Below are positions 48,413-61,324 of a stretch of DNA of 64,000 bases, one piece after another (within the stretch, counting starts at the first letter, position 1; each line of letters starts with the position of its first letter). The position numbers and the translations under genes are program-made. The notes under the pieces were generated by a model, which did not search any database, was not told where the DNA came from, and was given only the letters and a program-made list of their open reading frames with translations. This DNA comes from Lama guanicoe (taxonomy: Eukaryota): contig MU053881.1 in the NCBI GenBank assembly GCA_013239625.1, positions 3,474,001-3,538,000 of the forward strand, in the 5' to 3' direction.

Positions 48413-49726
48413 GTCGGAGTGGGTGGGGAGTTTCCCACAGATTGCATTTGTGCCCAGCACTGGATTATCTGGGGCCATCTGGGCGATTGGTTGTGCAATG
48501 ACATGCCCCCACTCCCAGGAAAACGCTAAAGGTAATATTCTATCACATTCAAAATGGGAAACACATGAAAAAATCCCGCCTTTGGTTCTTAGACAAGGCC
48601 GCAAAGAAAACCTAGACTGAAGTTCAGTTTCATACTGAAATCCAATGTTCTCCTGCCCCCTGTCACTCTCCCTAGGTTTGTCTGTCTGCTCTTTAGAAGC
48701 CAAGCAGCATTTTTGTAAAGCATAAACGTAATCAGGCTTTTTTTTTTTTTTTTTTTACTGCCTTCAGGAAAATATCCAACCCCATTAATAAAGCTCACTA
48801 GGCTGGTTTCTTGCTTCTGCCTCTGCCTCTGTTTCTACCCCCCTGTCCTCTACCTGCCTTGTGCACAGCCACCCCTGGTCGCTCAACATGCCCTCTACTT
48901 GCGAGGCTCTGCCCAACTCTGGCCCCCTGGCAAACTCCTACCTATCTCTCAAGACCCAGTTCAAAAAGCCCTCCCTGCCCAATGTTCTCAGGTTCTTGCG
49001 AGCAGAGCAAAACACATCCCACTTGGCATCACTCTGGGTGTTTGTGTTTCTTTCAGGAGACAGCTTCCCTGCTGTTCTGCCCTCACTGGTTACAGGAGCA
49101 CCCGCCCTGAAGTCTGTGTGTAGAGCGTGAGAGGTACTGTCACGACCAGGACCAGGACAAACAGCGGGGTGAAGGCGGGCCATGGTAAGAAGAAGCAGGG
49201 TGGGGGCGGCCCTATCAACCAGCACTCACAGCAGAGTGAGACAACGCGTTTATCTTCCTGTTCCAGACCTGGTTCCTCCAGGGCTGGGCATGTCTCCTTG
49301 GCCTCTGTTCCTCAGAATTTTGTGCAGAGCGCTGGGACTGACATCTGTTTGCTGAGCCGAAGGGTGCCCTGCCACCTTCAGAGGCTTCCGCCTCAAACAG
49401 AACCTGCTACTCTTCCCAGGTTACAGGCATCCTTCATCCAAAGGATGTGTTAGGTGCTGTGGGGCCATGGAATTGAGGCTTCTGATCCTTTCTCTCCGGG
49501 ACGGTCCCATCCCCCTGGAGAAAGTGGAAGGAAGTCATGGTCCAGATTGTAAGTGTTTTAGGAATTTCTGTGTTCGAGTAACTGCTGGCACCCCAGCATG
49601 GCAGGGTCAGGAGAGCTGTGTATCCCCATGAGGCACGAATTCCCAAACTTTGTGATTTGACACCTTATGGTTTTATTTTTCCTCATGATGTGCCTTCCCC
49701 TTTCCACCCCTGAAATGTGCCTCCTG

Positions 49727-49778
49727 ACACATACACATGCGCACACACACACACACGCACGCACGCACACATACACAC
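49727..49778 (+). repeat. (CA)/(CACG) compound microsatellite
   Basis: Directly visible. Confidence 0.9.
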
Positions 49779-50348
49779 GTTCATCTTCTAAATTAAAGTG
49801 AGTTAAAATGACTTTAAAATTTACCTAATCCCCTTTGAGATAAGTGGAGATACCATTGAGGGTCACAGAACCAAGGCAGGAAACCTCTGCTGGCAGTGAC
49901 AATGGTGACAATGGTGACAATGGAGCAGAGGAAGTGTCAAAGCATCCTTTCCTCCCCCACCTCCCATCCTGGTGGTAGCAGCAGGACCAGCATGCCTGGG
50001 CTCGGTTTTTCTTTGCTGTGAGACTGTGGGCAAGCCCAGTTCCCTCCTGAGCCTCAGTCCCTTTATCAGTGCAGTGGGAACATGGGTACGGTGCGGCCAC
50101 ACCGCTCTTCTGCAGGTGAGGATTAAATAGAACAGGGAGGGCAGTGGCATGATGGGGAGTCGGGGGTTTGGGGAGGTGAGAGGAGGGGGGTGGGATTTGA
50201 GGGGGCAGAAGTGAGGAGGTATGTGGTAAGAACTCTAACTGTTCATATCTCGCAAGACTCCTTCAGGCATCTTTTATACGTGACCTCTTTAAGTGTCATG
50301 GAAAAGGGGCATGAACACCTGGTCACCTCAGGTTTGCAACTGGATGGC

Positions 50349-50729
50349 TATATTACCTACCAGGGCTGACTTAACAAAGTCCCACAGATGGAGTGGTTTA
50401 AACAATAAAAATATATTTTCTCACAATTCTGGAGGCTGGAACTCCAAGATCAAGGTGTCAGCAGGGTTGGCTCCTTCTGAGGACACCTGGCCTTAGAGAT
50501 GGCTCTCTTCTCCCTGTCTTTTCATACGGTCCTCCCTGCCTGTCTGCGTTCTAATCTCCTCTTTTTATAAGGACATCGGTCAGATTGGAGCAGGGCCCAC
50601 CCTAAAGACCTCATTTTAATTTGATTACCTCTGAAAAGGCATTATCTCCAAATAGAATCACATTCTGAGGTTCCGGGGGTTAGGACTTAAATATCCAAAC
50701 TTGGGGAGGCTCAGTCATCACCCATAACC
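50349..50729 (-). mobile_element. MaLR solo LTR (MLT1A/B-like)
   Basis: agggctg...aacaaagtcccacaga...tctcacaattctggaggctggaactccaagatcaaggtgtcagcaggg...gacctcattttaat...cacattctgagg...cccataac. Confidence 0.9.
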
Positions 50730-52047
50730 ATAACCTGCTTAGCCAGGGGCTAGACGGCGTGCTCCCGTCCTCAGCAGAAACGAAGTGATGGGGTCGGGGT
50801 AGGGGGTGGTGCTGAGCAAGAGATTCTTGGGCAGCATTCGGTGCCTCTGTCCCCACCAGGGTCCCAGCCCAGCAATGGATGGGCTGCCAGCCCCCTGCTG
50901 TCCTACTCGGCCACCTTGTAGTCCTTTCCCGTAGAGATCTGAATGGCTGCAAAATCTGCCGAATTCAAAGGAGATGCCTTTCCGTCATGCCCTCTGAGAA
51001 CCCTCCGAGCAGATGTCTGCGTCTGCAATGAATGATAAATCAGCACCCATAATGGAAGAGGCTGGGCATCCCTGGCTTTGCCTATCTGCAAAGCCTTTCA
51101 GTCCTCAGAAGGGCTGAAAGGAGCCAAATTAGAGTTCACTTTGAAGATATAAAAGCCGGAGATGAAATTATTAAGTTTTTTTTTCTGTCTTTTGCTTCCT
51201 TCCAACCCTCCCTCCCCCCCGCCCCCTCCCACCCTTACTGCTTTAAGACAAGACTTATGAAGGGCAATTTTCTTTTCAATAGAATTCCTTTTCTCGGAAA
51301 ATATAAAGTGCAAATTCTAATTTGCTCAACATTCTTAGAGAACCGGTTACATACCCGGTGCCGTGCAAAACAGCCTCGAGCCTTTACAGCCTTTACCGCT
51401 AAAGGGAAGGGAGGCTCCGTGTGGGGAGGAAACTTTTCCGTGACTCTCTTTTGCAAGTTGACTGTGCCGGGACGTGAGCCCAGGTTTGCAGAGTTCCGAG
51501 TCCCGGGTGTGACGTATGGGGTTTCACTGATGCACTTGATTTTGCCTACTTTCTTGGTACTGGAAGCACTGGAGTACCCAGCAGTACCTTGAGGTCAGCG
51601 CGTTCCCGGCACAGACCGAGGGCAGAGCTCTGAACTCACACACCGGTTTGTGCTTGGGCTGCGCCCTTTGCTCCCATTCCCATCCATTCACTCTGAGCAT
51701 CTTTCCACATTTTCTTTCTTTCTTTGACCTCCTTATGGTCTCTCCAAACTGCAACAGCTTGAGGATGTGGGCTCACATGCATCTGTTTCCCCAAAGCTCT
51801 CCTCGAGGGCGTAGATTTACTCCTCAAAAGTCTCCTCTACTTTGAATGGCGACATTTTAAATTATCGTTGCCATTGGTCCTTACCATAAAATCAGGAAGG
51901 TGTGCCGGGGACGGGGACAGAAACAAAGCAAAACATGAAAACCATATTCCACGATGCAGAAAACTTGGTGAAATCACCTTGGGTATGGGAGGAGAGGGAG
52001 ATTTCACAAAGCATGGGGATTACTAGTAAAAATACACTTTTTAAATT

Positions 52048-52521
52048 TCCTTTTTTAATGAAGTATAGTAGATTTACAGTGTTGTGTTAGTTTCAGCTGT
52101 ACAGCAAAGTGATTCAGTTATACATATACATATATATTATTTTTCGGATTCTTTCCCATTATAGGTTATTATGAGAGATATTGAATATGGTTCCCTGTGC
52201 TGTACAGTAGGTCCTTGTTGTTTATCTATTTTGTATATAGTAGTGTATATATGTTGATCCCAAACTCCTAATTTATCTTTCCTCCCTCTTCCCCTTTGGT
52301 AACCATCAGTTTGTTTTCTATGTCTGTGGGTCTATTTCTAGTTTTTTAAATAAGTTCATTTGTATCATAGTTTTTAAAGATTCCACATATAAGTCAATAT
52401 CATATGATATTTGTCTTTCTCTGTCTGACTTATTTCACTGCATATGATAAATTCTAGGTCCATCCATATTCCTGCAAATGGCATTATCTTATTCTTTTTT
52501 ATGGCTGAGTAATATTCCACC

Positions 52522-52552
<31 letters not shown>

Positions 52553-52704
52553 CCACATCTTCTTTATCCATTCATCTATCAATGGACATTTAGATTGCTT
52601 CCTTGCTTTGGCTGCTGTATATAGTGCTGCGATGAACATTGGGGTGCATGTATCTTTTCGAGCTAGAGTTAGCGCTGGATATATGCCCAGGAGTGGGATT
52701 GCTG
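52048..52704 (-). mobile_element. L1 3' end (ORF2 C-terminus plus 3' UTR)
   Basis: ORFs give AIPLLGIYP...KDTCTPMFIAALYT...DEWIKKMWYIY and EYYSAIKKNKIMPFA...SEISQTEKDKYHM; imperfect TSD beginning aaaaataca at 52028 and 52705. Confidence 0.95.
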
Positions 52705-53157
52705 AAAAATACATTTTAAAATTGGGTAGTAACTCAGTTAGAATTGTTCCATGGAATCCTTATCTTGGCAGCCACCACCCATCTGCAGAAGGATGCTGGG
52801 CATTTAACTCCAGATTGGTCACTGCAACTGCTTGGCAGAGAGGCAGGCAGAGCAGCATCAGTGGGGACTTGCTAACAGTGAGAGGCCTCCGGCGGCCTTC
52901 CTGGGCCTCAGGCTGTTCCCAAACCTGAGAGGTGCTGGAATTTGCTGGAGCTACAGAAGAGGGAACAGCAGCAGTTGAATGCAAGCATAAGGAACAAGAA
53001 TCACAAAGGTCTACTGGTGCTTAAATTACCCAAAAATTTGAAAGCTATTTGCTAGAAACATCACTGTCTCAGTTAAGGATGCAGGACAAATGTTTCAGAC
53101 ATGCTGCACTGGGGGACAGAATGCTATTTTCTAAACAAATCCACAGAGGACATTTTA

Positions 53158-53237
53158 GAGGAGGTACTGGGGACTGAACCCAGGAGCTTGTACATACTAA
53201 GCATGTGCTCTGCCACTTGAGCTATATGTTCCCCCAA
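53158..53237 (-). mobile_element. Vic-1-type SINE, tRNA head only, 16-bp TSD
   Basis: Reverse complement gggggaacatatagctcaagtggcagag...ctgggttcagtccccagtacctcctc; TSD cacagaggacatttta at 53142-53157 and 53238-53253. Confidence 0.88.
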
Positions 53238-53334
53238 CACAGAGGACATTTTAAATACGAAAATGTGAGTGTTGGGCAGGGCAGTGCTTGTCCTATCTTC
53301 TTCCCTGATTCTCTTCTCCTCCTCCTTCTTCTTT

Positions 53335-53550
53335 TTGTTAAGCAGAGTGATTGATTCATTTATACATATATATTTCTTTTTCATATTCTTTTTCATTATA
53401 GGCTATTATATGATATTGGATATAGTTCCCTGTGCTAGACAGTAGGACCTTGTTGTTTATCTATTTTATATACCGTATAGTATCCCAAACTCCCGATTTG
53501 CAAATCCCAAACTCCCGATTTATCCCTCTCCACCCCCTCTCCCTCCCTGG
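53335..53550 (-). mobile_element. L1 3' UTR fragment
   Basis: ttttcatattcttt...attataggctatta...tagttccctgtgctagacagtaggaccttg; atcccaaactcccgattt occurs twice (53482, 53504). Confidence 0.85.
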
Positions 53551-53576
53551 TGATTCCTTTCTTTTGGCACTTAGGA

Positions 53577-53705
53577 GGGTCACCATGCATCCCAGGTTCC
53601 TTGGCTCAGTCTGGCTTCTGCCTGTGGTCCTGGCTTAATTATGAAGATATACCCTTTAACTCTGCAGGGAATCTCAGTTTGGAGGGTAAATGATACACTT
53701 GCCCT
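53577..53705 (+). mobile_element. MER94-like hAT-Blackjack MITE
   Basis: agggtcaccat...gcctgtggtcctggcttaattat...ccctttaactct...gtttggagggtaaat...gccct. Confidence 0.65.
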
Positions 53706-54471
53706 CTGTCCACTCAGCCATGCTGAACCTTAAAGCACCTAGTTACCTGAGTCAGTAAATTCACTTTCATTTTTAGTTGGTTTAAATTGGATTTCTGCTG
53801 CTTGCAACAGAGGGGGAAAAAAAGCTGAGAAATCTGAAAGGGAACGGATATCTCTCAAATTCCTGACCTAGGAACTTTGTGCTGGGAACTTTCCAGGATT
53901 TGTCTCATTTAATCTCGGCAAAAGTCATGCCAGATGGGGAGCATGAACCTCCTTGCATAACTGAAAAATCCAAAATTCAGACATCAAGGACTTATTCAAG
54001 GTCAAGCATAGCCAGAAAGGGCCTGGCCGGGATGTGCTGGTAGCTAATGGAGAGCCCGTGCCTCCTTATCATACCACGTGGACTGGTTTGGCAGGTGAGA
54101 GGCTGTACCACACCTCCCCGATGTCCTTCTTGAAGATGTGAGTCCCCCACTGCCCCAAACCTATCCACCTGCACCATCTTTTCCCTGAATGATCTTCTCT
54201 TTTTCCCAGAAAAAACACCATGCCTGGTGTTTACCCACAACTTCACCTTGACTATATCCATGAATACCTGTGGTGTTGGTTACCATGGGATACCACGAAA
54301 CCCTAACACAGACAGGATGCTGTGAACATTAAAAAGATGGATAGGGAAACGCCTGGCGGGCTGCAGAGTCCCATACCTGTTGGTGATGTTTGCATCATGC
54401 TCTTAAATCTGAGTCATTCTTTCCTCAATCAATCCTTATTTTACTTTCCAGCAGGTAAGAAAACCTGTGCG

Positions 54472-54582
54472 CCAGGCAGACCGACTGATCTGTCTGCCCA
54501 GGCCTGAGTTTTCTGAGATGCAAGACTTTCAGTGCTACACCTGGGCAAGTTCCAGGAAAACTAAGATGGCTGGGTTACCCTG
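54472..54582 (+). mobile_element. MER81-like hAT-Blackjack MITE
   Basis: tgcccaggcctgag...gactttcagtgcta...aagttccaggaaaact...ggttaccctg. Confidence 0.65.
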
Positions 54583-57226
54583 TTGTGCACTGAGTTTTCA
54601 CACTGCCTTCCTTGGAACACACGGAAGAGGCTCATCTCCTGGAATTATCCCCACTCTCCGCTTAATTGCTGTAACGACCTTGGGCAAGTCACCTTGGTCC
54701 TTCATTCATTTATTTACTCAATAACTATTTATTGGATACCTATGTGGCTAAGCACTGCTGCCTCAATTTCCTCATTTATGGAATAGAATTTTAACACCTA
54801 CATTGTGGGGCGAGTATATGGGGCCCAATGTTGTTATTAAGTTGTTGATGGAGTTGATATCTGTTACATAAAACCTCTGCTCTTGTAAAAGCATCTGGTC
54901 TCCCCCACTAAGGCTTCCACTGGAAAACAGCCCTTTCTGCATCTCCTTTTGATGTCACCAACAGTTTCTCTAAGACCTCCTAGGAGGTGGTACCTTGGCT
55001 TCCAGAACCAGTGATGAGCAAAGCAGGAAGGAGGGGGTGGGGAGTCTGGCCTCAAAATCTCACTGTGAGCCTGGCCCACACTGTCACCCTGAGAAGGAGA
55101 AGGGAGCCTGCACTTCTCCCAGCCCGCCCTAACCGACTGTGAAAGATCCAGTCCAGACTTCTGTTTGGATCACATCACTTTATCTGCCCTCTGAAATGGG
55201 ACGGGACAGACCTGGAGAGGCAGAAGCCTCCACTTGCCAACAAATCATCACTTCATATGGACGTCAATCAAGCATTTGGATTCCAAACCGAAACATGCTC
55301 AGAATAGAGGCAAAGCCTGCCACTGTCCAATGGGAAATAAGTATGGGGGGTGGGGTGGGGACAACAGCGATGACGTTAAAGTTGTCCTCCATGTGTGAAC
55401 GCCCAGAGCCTGAATGAAATGGGTTGGGTACTTTTTAAGGTTGGGATAAGCCATCTGGAACAGGATTCATTCCATGTCTGGTTTATGGATTTATGAAGCC
55501 CACCAGACAAACCCTGGGAACAGAAAGATGAGAGTCGCTTTCTGGACCACCGGACCCACATGGCAGTCTTAGAGACCCGTGCGTTGAATCCTCCACTCCT
55601 CCCTAATTCCCAGCAACATTACCAAAGGGAGACAATAGTATGAGGAATCTGTATCATAATTAAAAGAAAAAGAGTTCTGGTTCTTAGCTGACGAGCATCC
55701 TTGACTCATCTCAATTGTTCAGTTTGGGATGCTGACGGATACGTTGATGAGCATCTCAGCTGAGACGTGGGGAATGAAGCCTGCCAAAGCCGAGCATTTC
55801 AGTAAGGAGAGGTACCTTCTGAGCCACCACTCTGGGGTATAGAATTTGGAGCCAGCGCCAACCTGTTTGAGATGCTACAGAATGTTTAGGCAAAAGCTGT
55901 CTGGAGGAAATAATTCAAAGTGACTGGGCTGTGGGGAGGATGGCGGTGGGCGACCTCCCTCCTGCTGCTCCTACAGGCTGGCACTGAAGTCTGAGGATGC
56001 TCGGGAACAGGAAGGCGCCTGTGCTCCATCCCCACTCCCACTGGGTATCCACAGCCTGCGAGGACGATCCAGTTAGAGAAGGGAGCAGGCGGGGATGTGG
56101 GCGCCCCCACTAACACGGAACCACCACCACAACAAAGTCGGAAAAGGCACGCTTACATGTGAGTGAGCACCTTCCTTTCTCCTCCCCAGAGGCTGCCTCT
56201 GCTGTGACCCCCGGATAATTAATCAACTTGACTAAGGTGGGAGGGCAGGAGAGGAAATTCTCAGCTGAACAAAAATTCAGAAAGAGTGTCACCAGCATAC
56301 TCTTCCATGCAAAGAAAAACACTAGTTATAATCTAGCTAACCTTAAAATAAATTGAGATATAAAACTCAGTTATGAAAATAGGAAAGAAATGACTAGGAG
56401 CCATCAACACCAGCACATTGGAGTATCTTCCCATAGTCGCTGTTTGCCATCTGCGATGCCAATCTAAAGCACGAAAGAAGGTGTCATGGGAGCCTGGATG
56501 AGCACATGACAACTCTGATTCGAGAGCAGAGAGGCCATTTGATTCGGGGCTTGATGGATGCACAGGGGGTGACGTGCTGAGCAGCCAAGAGAGGAGGGCC
56601 TATTCCAGGCCGGTGGGAGGCAGAGACACTTCCAAATACATTCTGGGTTCTCAAGACTTCATCCTCAGTGTTTACCCCCTTTCTCACAATTAGCTGCTCT
56701 GGCAGTGACCCAGGCCTTGCTAAAGGGAAGGACAGGCTAACTGAAGGAGATGACCTCAAAGTAAATGGGCCAGTACATGCTTATCCTGGTCAGAATACAC
56801 AGAAAATGTCCGTATGAGGGCCTCGATCTGGACTAGAATTTGAACAGTTTTGCATTTGCTTTTTCCTGAAACCCTGCACCAGTGTGAGTAAAAAGATTTA
56901 AAAACAGACATAAAGCCACAAGGGCAGAGATCAGGAGAGAAGACGAAAGCAAGAACGTTTTGGAAGTTTGAAGACAGAAAGCCAGGAGATCACGGACCCA
57001 GCAGAAGAGAAAGCTGAACCCTACGCTAAGAGTGGAGACTACTTTAACATAATCTGAGCCTCGCCTCAGCACCTCAGAAGACTTGGTTCTGCCCTGGTTT
57101 TCCTCTCTTGTTTTCACAGAGCACACCTTCCAGTAAACTCCTGAAAAGGGATGCCTGGTTGGTACAGAGGAGGTTGAAAGCAAAAGGATGTAGCTAACAC
57201 TTTGCATAAAAAGCAGTTAAACTTGG

Positions 57227-57373
57227 TGGGGAAGGGTGTAGCTCAGTGGTAGAGTGTTTGCTTAGCATGCATGAGGTCCTGCATTCAATCCCCAGGATCT
57301 CCAATCAATCAATAAACTTAATTACCTCTCCCCACGAAAAAAGACTAAAACACTTATTTTAACTGAAAAAAGT
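57227..57373 (+). mobile_element. Vic-1-type SINE
   Basis: ggggaagggtgtagctcagtggtagagtg...gcttagcatgcatgaggtcct...ttcaatcccc...aataaacttaattacctc; TSD aaag(c/t)a(g/c)ttaaacttgg at 57210-57226 and 57374-57390. Confidence 0.9.
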
Positions 57374-57870
57374 AAAGTACTTAAACTTGGACCCCTGATT
57401 CACCCCATGCTACCAGAGTTGGGACACTCCCTCATCTTGGGAGAAAACTGAGGTTTTATTCCCTGGAGGTGTTGAACCAGATGATGGCGAGATTCTGGGA
57501 TTCCGGATACAGCTGAAGCCAGAGCTGTCATGCTGATCATGGGGATTAGATGGAAATCCATGTGCCAAATGGTGAGTGTGCTGCCTCCTCCACCAGCCAC
57601 CTTTCCCATCTCAGGGCTAAGAACACCGTCATCCAGGCTTATACAAACTCCAAGTGAGACATGGGAGGATTAATCTGGGGGAAACAGGCTAGTCTAAGAG
57701 AAAAGACCCCTGGGAAATTACAGCTGTGGGGAGCTGCCCGCTGATAAATTAACTTGACCAGAGCACCCCACAGTGAAGCCCATCTGTCAACTCGTCAACC
57801 AGCCCTGCCCCTGCACACGCAGCTTCTAATCCTCTTTCTAGTGACTCACTCTGTAATGTCAATGTGTAAC

Positions 57871-58012
57871 TGTTTGTTTTGTCTTTTTGTGGGGGGAGGA
57901 GAGGAGGTAATTAGGTTGTATGTATGCATGTATTGAATGGAGGTACTGGGGAATGAACCCAGGACCTCGTGCATGCTAAGCATGAGCTCTACCGCTAAAT
58001 TCTTCCTTCCCC
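57871..58012 (-). mobile_element. Vic-1-type SINE
   Basis: gaggtaattagg...ggaggtactggggaatgaacccaggacctcgtgcatgctaagcatgagctctacc. Confidence 0.9.
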
Positions 58013-59737
58013 ACCTCTCTGATGTAAATAGACTGCCAAGTATCACTAGATGCTTGAAGCAGTTCAAGAGAAAAACCAAACTAGCCAACTAACCAACCAA
58101 CCAACAGAAAATCCAACTTGGAGTGGAAAGTAGAAGGAACTATTTTTTTTAACAAAGCAAAAACTATACTCAAAACAGCAAAATAAAGAGAACATTTATG
58201 AAACAAAAAGAAAAGGCTATATATAAAACAGAAACGTTCAGAGAAAAATTAAGACTTCTTAGAAATTAAAAATATGACAGAAAGAATTAAAAAGTCACAG
58301 GAAGGTTTAGGAAGATCAAGTGAAGATCACATCTCAGGATAGAGAACAGGGAGAAAAGGAAATGGAAAAAAAGAAGGGAATTAATTTAAAAAATTCTAGA
58401 ATCAGTCTGGGAGCCCGATTTTAAGAAAAAGTAGGAGTTTCAGAGTAAAGAAGATTTAGAACAGAGGAGAAGACTTCACCATAGAAGTGACACAAGAAAA
58501 ATTCCCTAAAACTGGATTCCAAATTGATGGGGTCCAGGAAGTATGCAGCAGAAAAGTTAAAAAAAGGACAAGTCACCTCATTAGAAAATTTAAGACTATG
58601 GGGAAAAATTAAGGCCTTCAAATCAGGGGGTAGGGTGAGTGAAATGTATAGATTATCTACAGAGAATCAGAAATTAAAATGGCATTGGATTCTCAAGAAC
58701 AACACGAAAAGCAGAGGAGTGTTCTCAAAACCCTACAGGAATATGGTGTCCACTCTGGAATCCTATACCCATCCAACAATTAAACGTGATGGTAGGGAGG
58801 GAAATACAGGACCAGGCATCCCTTTTCAGGGATTAACTGGAGGATGTGCTCTGCTAAAAACAAGAGGGAAAAAACAAGACAGAGGAAGATGTGGGGTCCA
58901 GAAAACACGGAATCCAGAACAAGAAAAAGAGGAAGGGAATCCCAGGGAGGGTGTGAAGGGAGAAGCCCAGACTCAGCTGTGCAGCAGGACCTGACAGCAG
59001 TCGGTCCAGGTGGGAGATGCAGAAGGTGCCTCCTAGAGAAATGCCAGCACAAGATGATGAGGCCAGTGAAACCCCTGATGAATGAATGTATTGGAAGGAG
59101 ACTGGCATGTCCGAGAGCTCTAGAATGAATTAATGACAGGCATTATTAAAAAAAAAACTGAGCATGTGAAAAAAGAGACAATTCCAGAGACAAATAGTTA
59201 TAAAAGAAAGGCAATGCCGTCATACAAGACTCAGCTGTGACTAGCATATATGTGTGCATCATGTATGCACAGAATATTTGCTCTAACTAAATATTATGGT
59301 GCAACCTCATTGGGAAGATGGGTGGAGAGAAAGCATATGTTGAAGTGAAGGGTGTAGAAGCAATTTAAATCCTCCTCATCTTCCATGGGAAGAAGTCCAT
59401 GGACAGTATCTAAAACTGGAGCATCAAGAAACAGTACTAGAGACAGAGATGCGTTGCTTAGATCACAGTGGGACGTGCCAGAAGAAAGAGCTCGCATCAT
59501 TGCAAGATCTTTCCCCTGGGAAGCAGAAATCTGGAGTAAAGAGTGGAAAGTGAGGTACCATTCTCCTTATTCATTTTATGGTTTTTATACATGAAGCCTT
59601 GTAGTGTTATCTGACTGCTAAATCATGCACAGGTTGTAACTTTGGTGAACTCAAAAATTAAATTTGTGCATTTATTTTAACGTTCTTGAGACCTAATTGA
59701 TGTATCGAACACTGCACATGTGTTAGGTACACATCTT

Positions 59738-59953
59738 TTTTTTTAATTGAAGTGTAGTTGATTTACAATGTTGTGTTCGTTTCTGGTGTGCAGCATAATG
59801 ATTCAGTTATACAAATACATATATAGAGAGAATATAAATATAGAATATATTTATATTCTAAAAAGGATATATATATATCCTTTTTCATTAGAGGGCATTA
59901 CAGGATATTGAGTATAGTTCCCCATGCTACACAGTAGACCTCATTGTTTACAT
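59738..59953 (-). mobile_element. L1 3' UTR insertion
   Basis: ttttaattgaagtgtagttgatttacaatg...; TSD gt(a/g)cacatctt at 59727-59737 and 59954-59964. Confidence 0.9.
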
Positions 59954-61324
59954 GTGCACATCTTGATGAGTTTGGACACACCCAGTAAGTTTGGTCTGGC
60001 TAAACTTAAGGTCAAGGGGAGCGGAGGAGAGAAACAAGTGAATGATTTGTTGTTGGCCTTGGAAATCTGCTTTGGTTCTATTGCTAAGCTACCATGATTT
60101 CGTTGAGATTCCAGAGAATCCAGCTGAAATGGGGTTGAACGGTTGAGATGGATGGAAGGGAACACACGCGGATGGCCAACTCAGGGTGCGTTCAATAAGA
60201 AGTGAACCCTTTAGTTTTAACTCATTATAGAAGAAATCCAAGACTGCTGTTGGAAAAAAATTCAAATATTCCAAAACAAAAGCGAATGTCCCCCTGCCCT
60301 AGAGGGACCCTGTCCTTCCCAGATGTCACACAGTTAACAGTTTGATGTCTTATCTTTTTTTCTTTCTTTTCTCCAATCGGAAGCCTTTACTTAAAACGCA
60401 CAGATTCTGTGCTTCCAATTATCCTATGACACTAAAGTAAGGATGTGGAAATGCAAGACAAAGGCATGCAAATGAGAAGTCTGAGATGAAGAGAGGCTTA
60501 TAAAGCTAGTTCTGCCCTGAACTCTCCCAAACCACACTGACCCACGCTTCCCAGAGCAGGCCTAGGGGCCAGGGACCGGGCTGGGCTTTTTTCATGGAGC
60601 AAAACTCGAATTCTGTGTCAGCGGCGGAGAGGACGTGGCACAGACTCTCCTCCTGGCTTCTGGGGCTGGCGCTCAAAGCGGGAGAGCCGTTTCCATGGAA
60701 ACCGGGACACTAGAGATGTTCTCTGGAATTACTCCTTGAGGCTCAGCGACAAATAGAAACACTAGCATGCAGAGGCCTAAATATAGCTGCATTCAGGCGA
60801 TTCACCAAGTCCAAGACTCAGCTGGAATGTGGCTTTGGCACAAATGTACCGAGTACAACCCGGTGATGTTTTCAACATTTTACAGTGTTTACATTATCAT
60901 CAGAGGAAGTATTGTGTGAAAATGTAGAAATGTGGGGGCTGCTTGGTTTTGTCCTCCTGGATAAGTCATCACCAGAGTCCCCCTGAGGATGGCAGAACTC
61001 ATCAGAAAGATGCTTCCTTGGTCAGAAAGTCCCTTCACTACAGAGCTATCCTTGAAGAGGATCCAGTGGGAAAATGTACTCTCCTAATGGAGAGACAAAC
61101 TATTGCCTCTGATTAGAGAAAAAAAATATGGGCATGCTCCCTCCTCTCTCCCCCTGGATTCCTGTGGACTGTAAATTCTGATCTGCATCATTACACAGAA
61201 AATTCTGCTCGGTCCCAGCTCCTAGCCCCAAAGTTGCACCTGCGAACTTGCGCTCCATCACGACACTGTCAATTCACAGCACAGCCAGGTCCCTGCTGAC
61301 TACCAGGATGCACCTGTCCTAAAT

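Larger units (their letters stand above)
56830..59690 (+). mobile_element. Old L1M/HAL1-like 5'/ORF1-region fragments, interrupted by two SINEs
   Basis: A-rich; cttcttagaaattaaaaatatgacag, taggagtttcagag, acaagaaaattccctaaact, aaatggcattggattctcaa, gaatcctatacccatcca. Confidence 0.6.

Noticed and set aside
57227..57302. tRNA-Ala-like sequence as a real tRNA gene (also 24821, 53158, 57871)
   Set aside because: Mutated stems and boxes, with SINE-specific 3' segments and/or TSDs, indicate retroposed copies.
58524..58994. 156-aa Lys-rich ORF
   Set aside because: Lies in an A-rich decayed L1 ORF1-like region; not an intact gene.
2194..59953. Strand bias of young L1s (9 minus vs 3 plus) as a sign of lying in a plus-strand intron
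   Set aside because: Not significant (two-sided binomial p about 0.15), and three ERV LTRs lie on the plus strand, contrary to that expectation.
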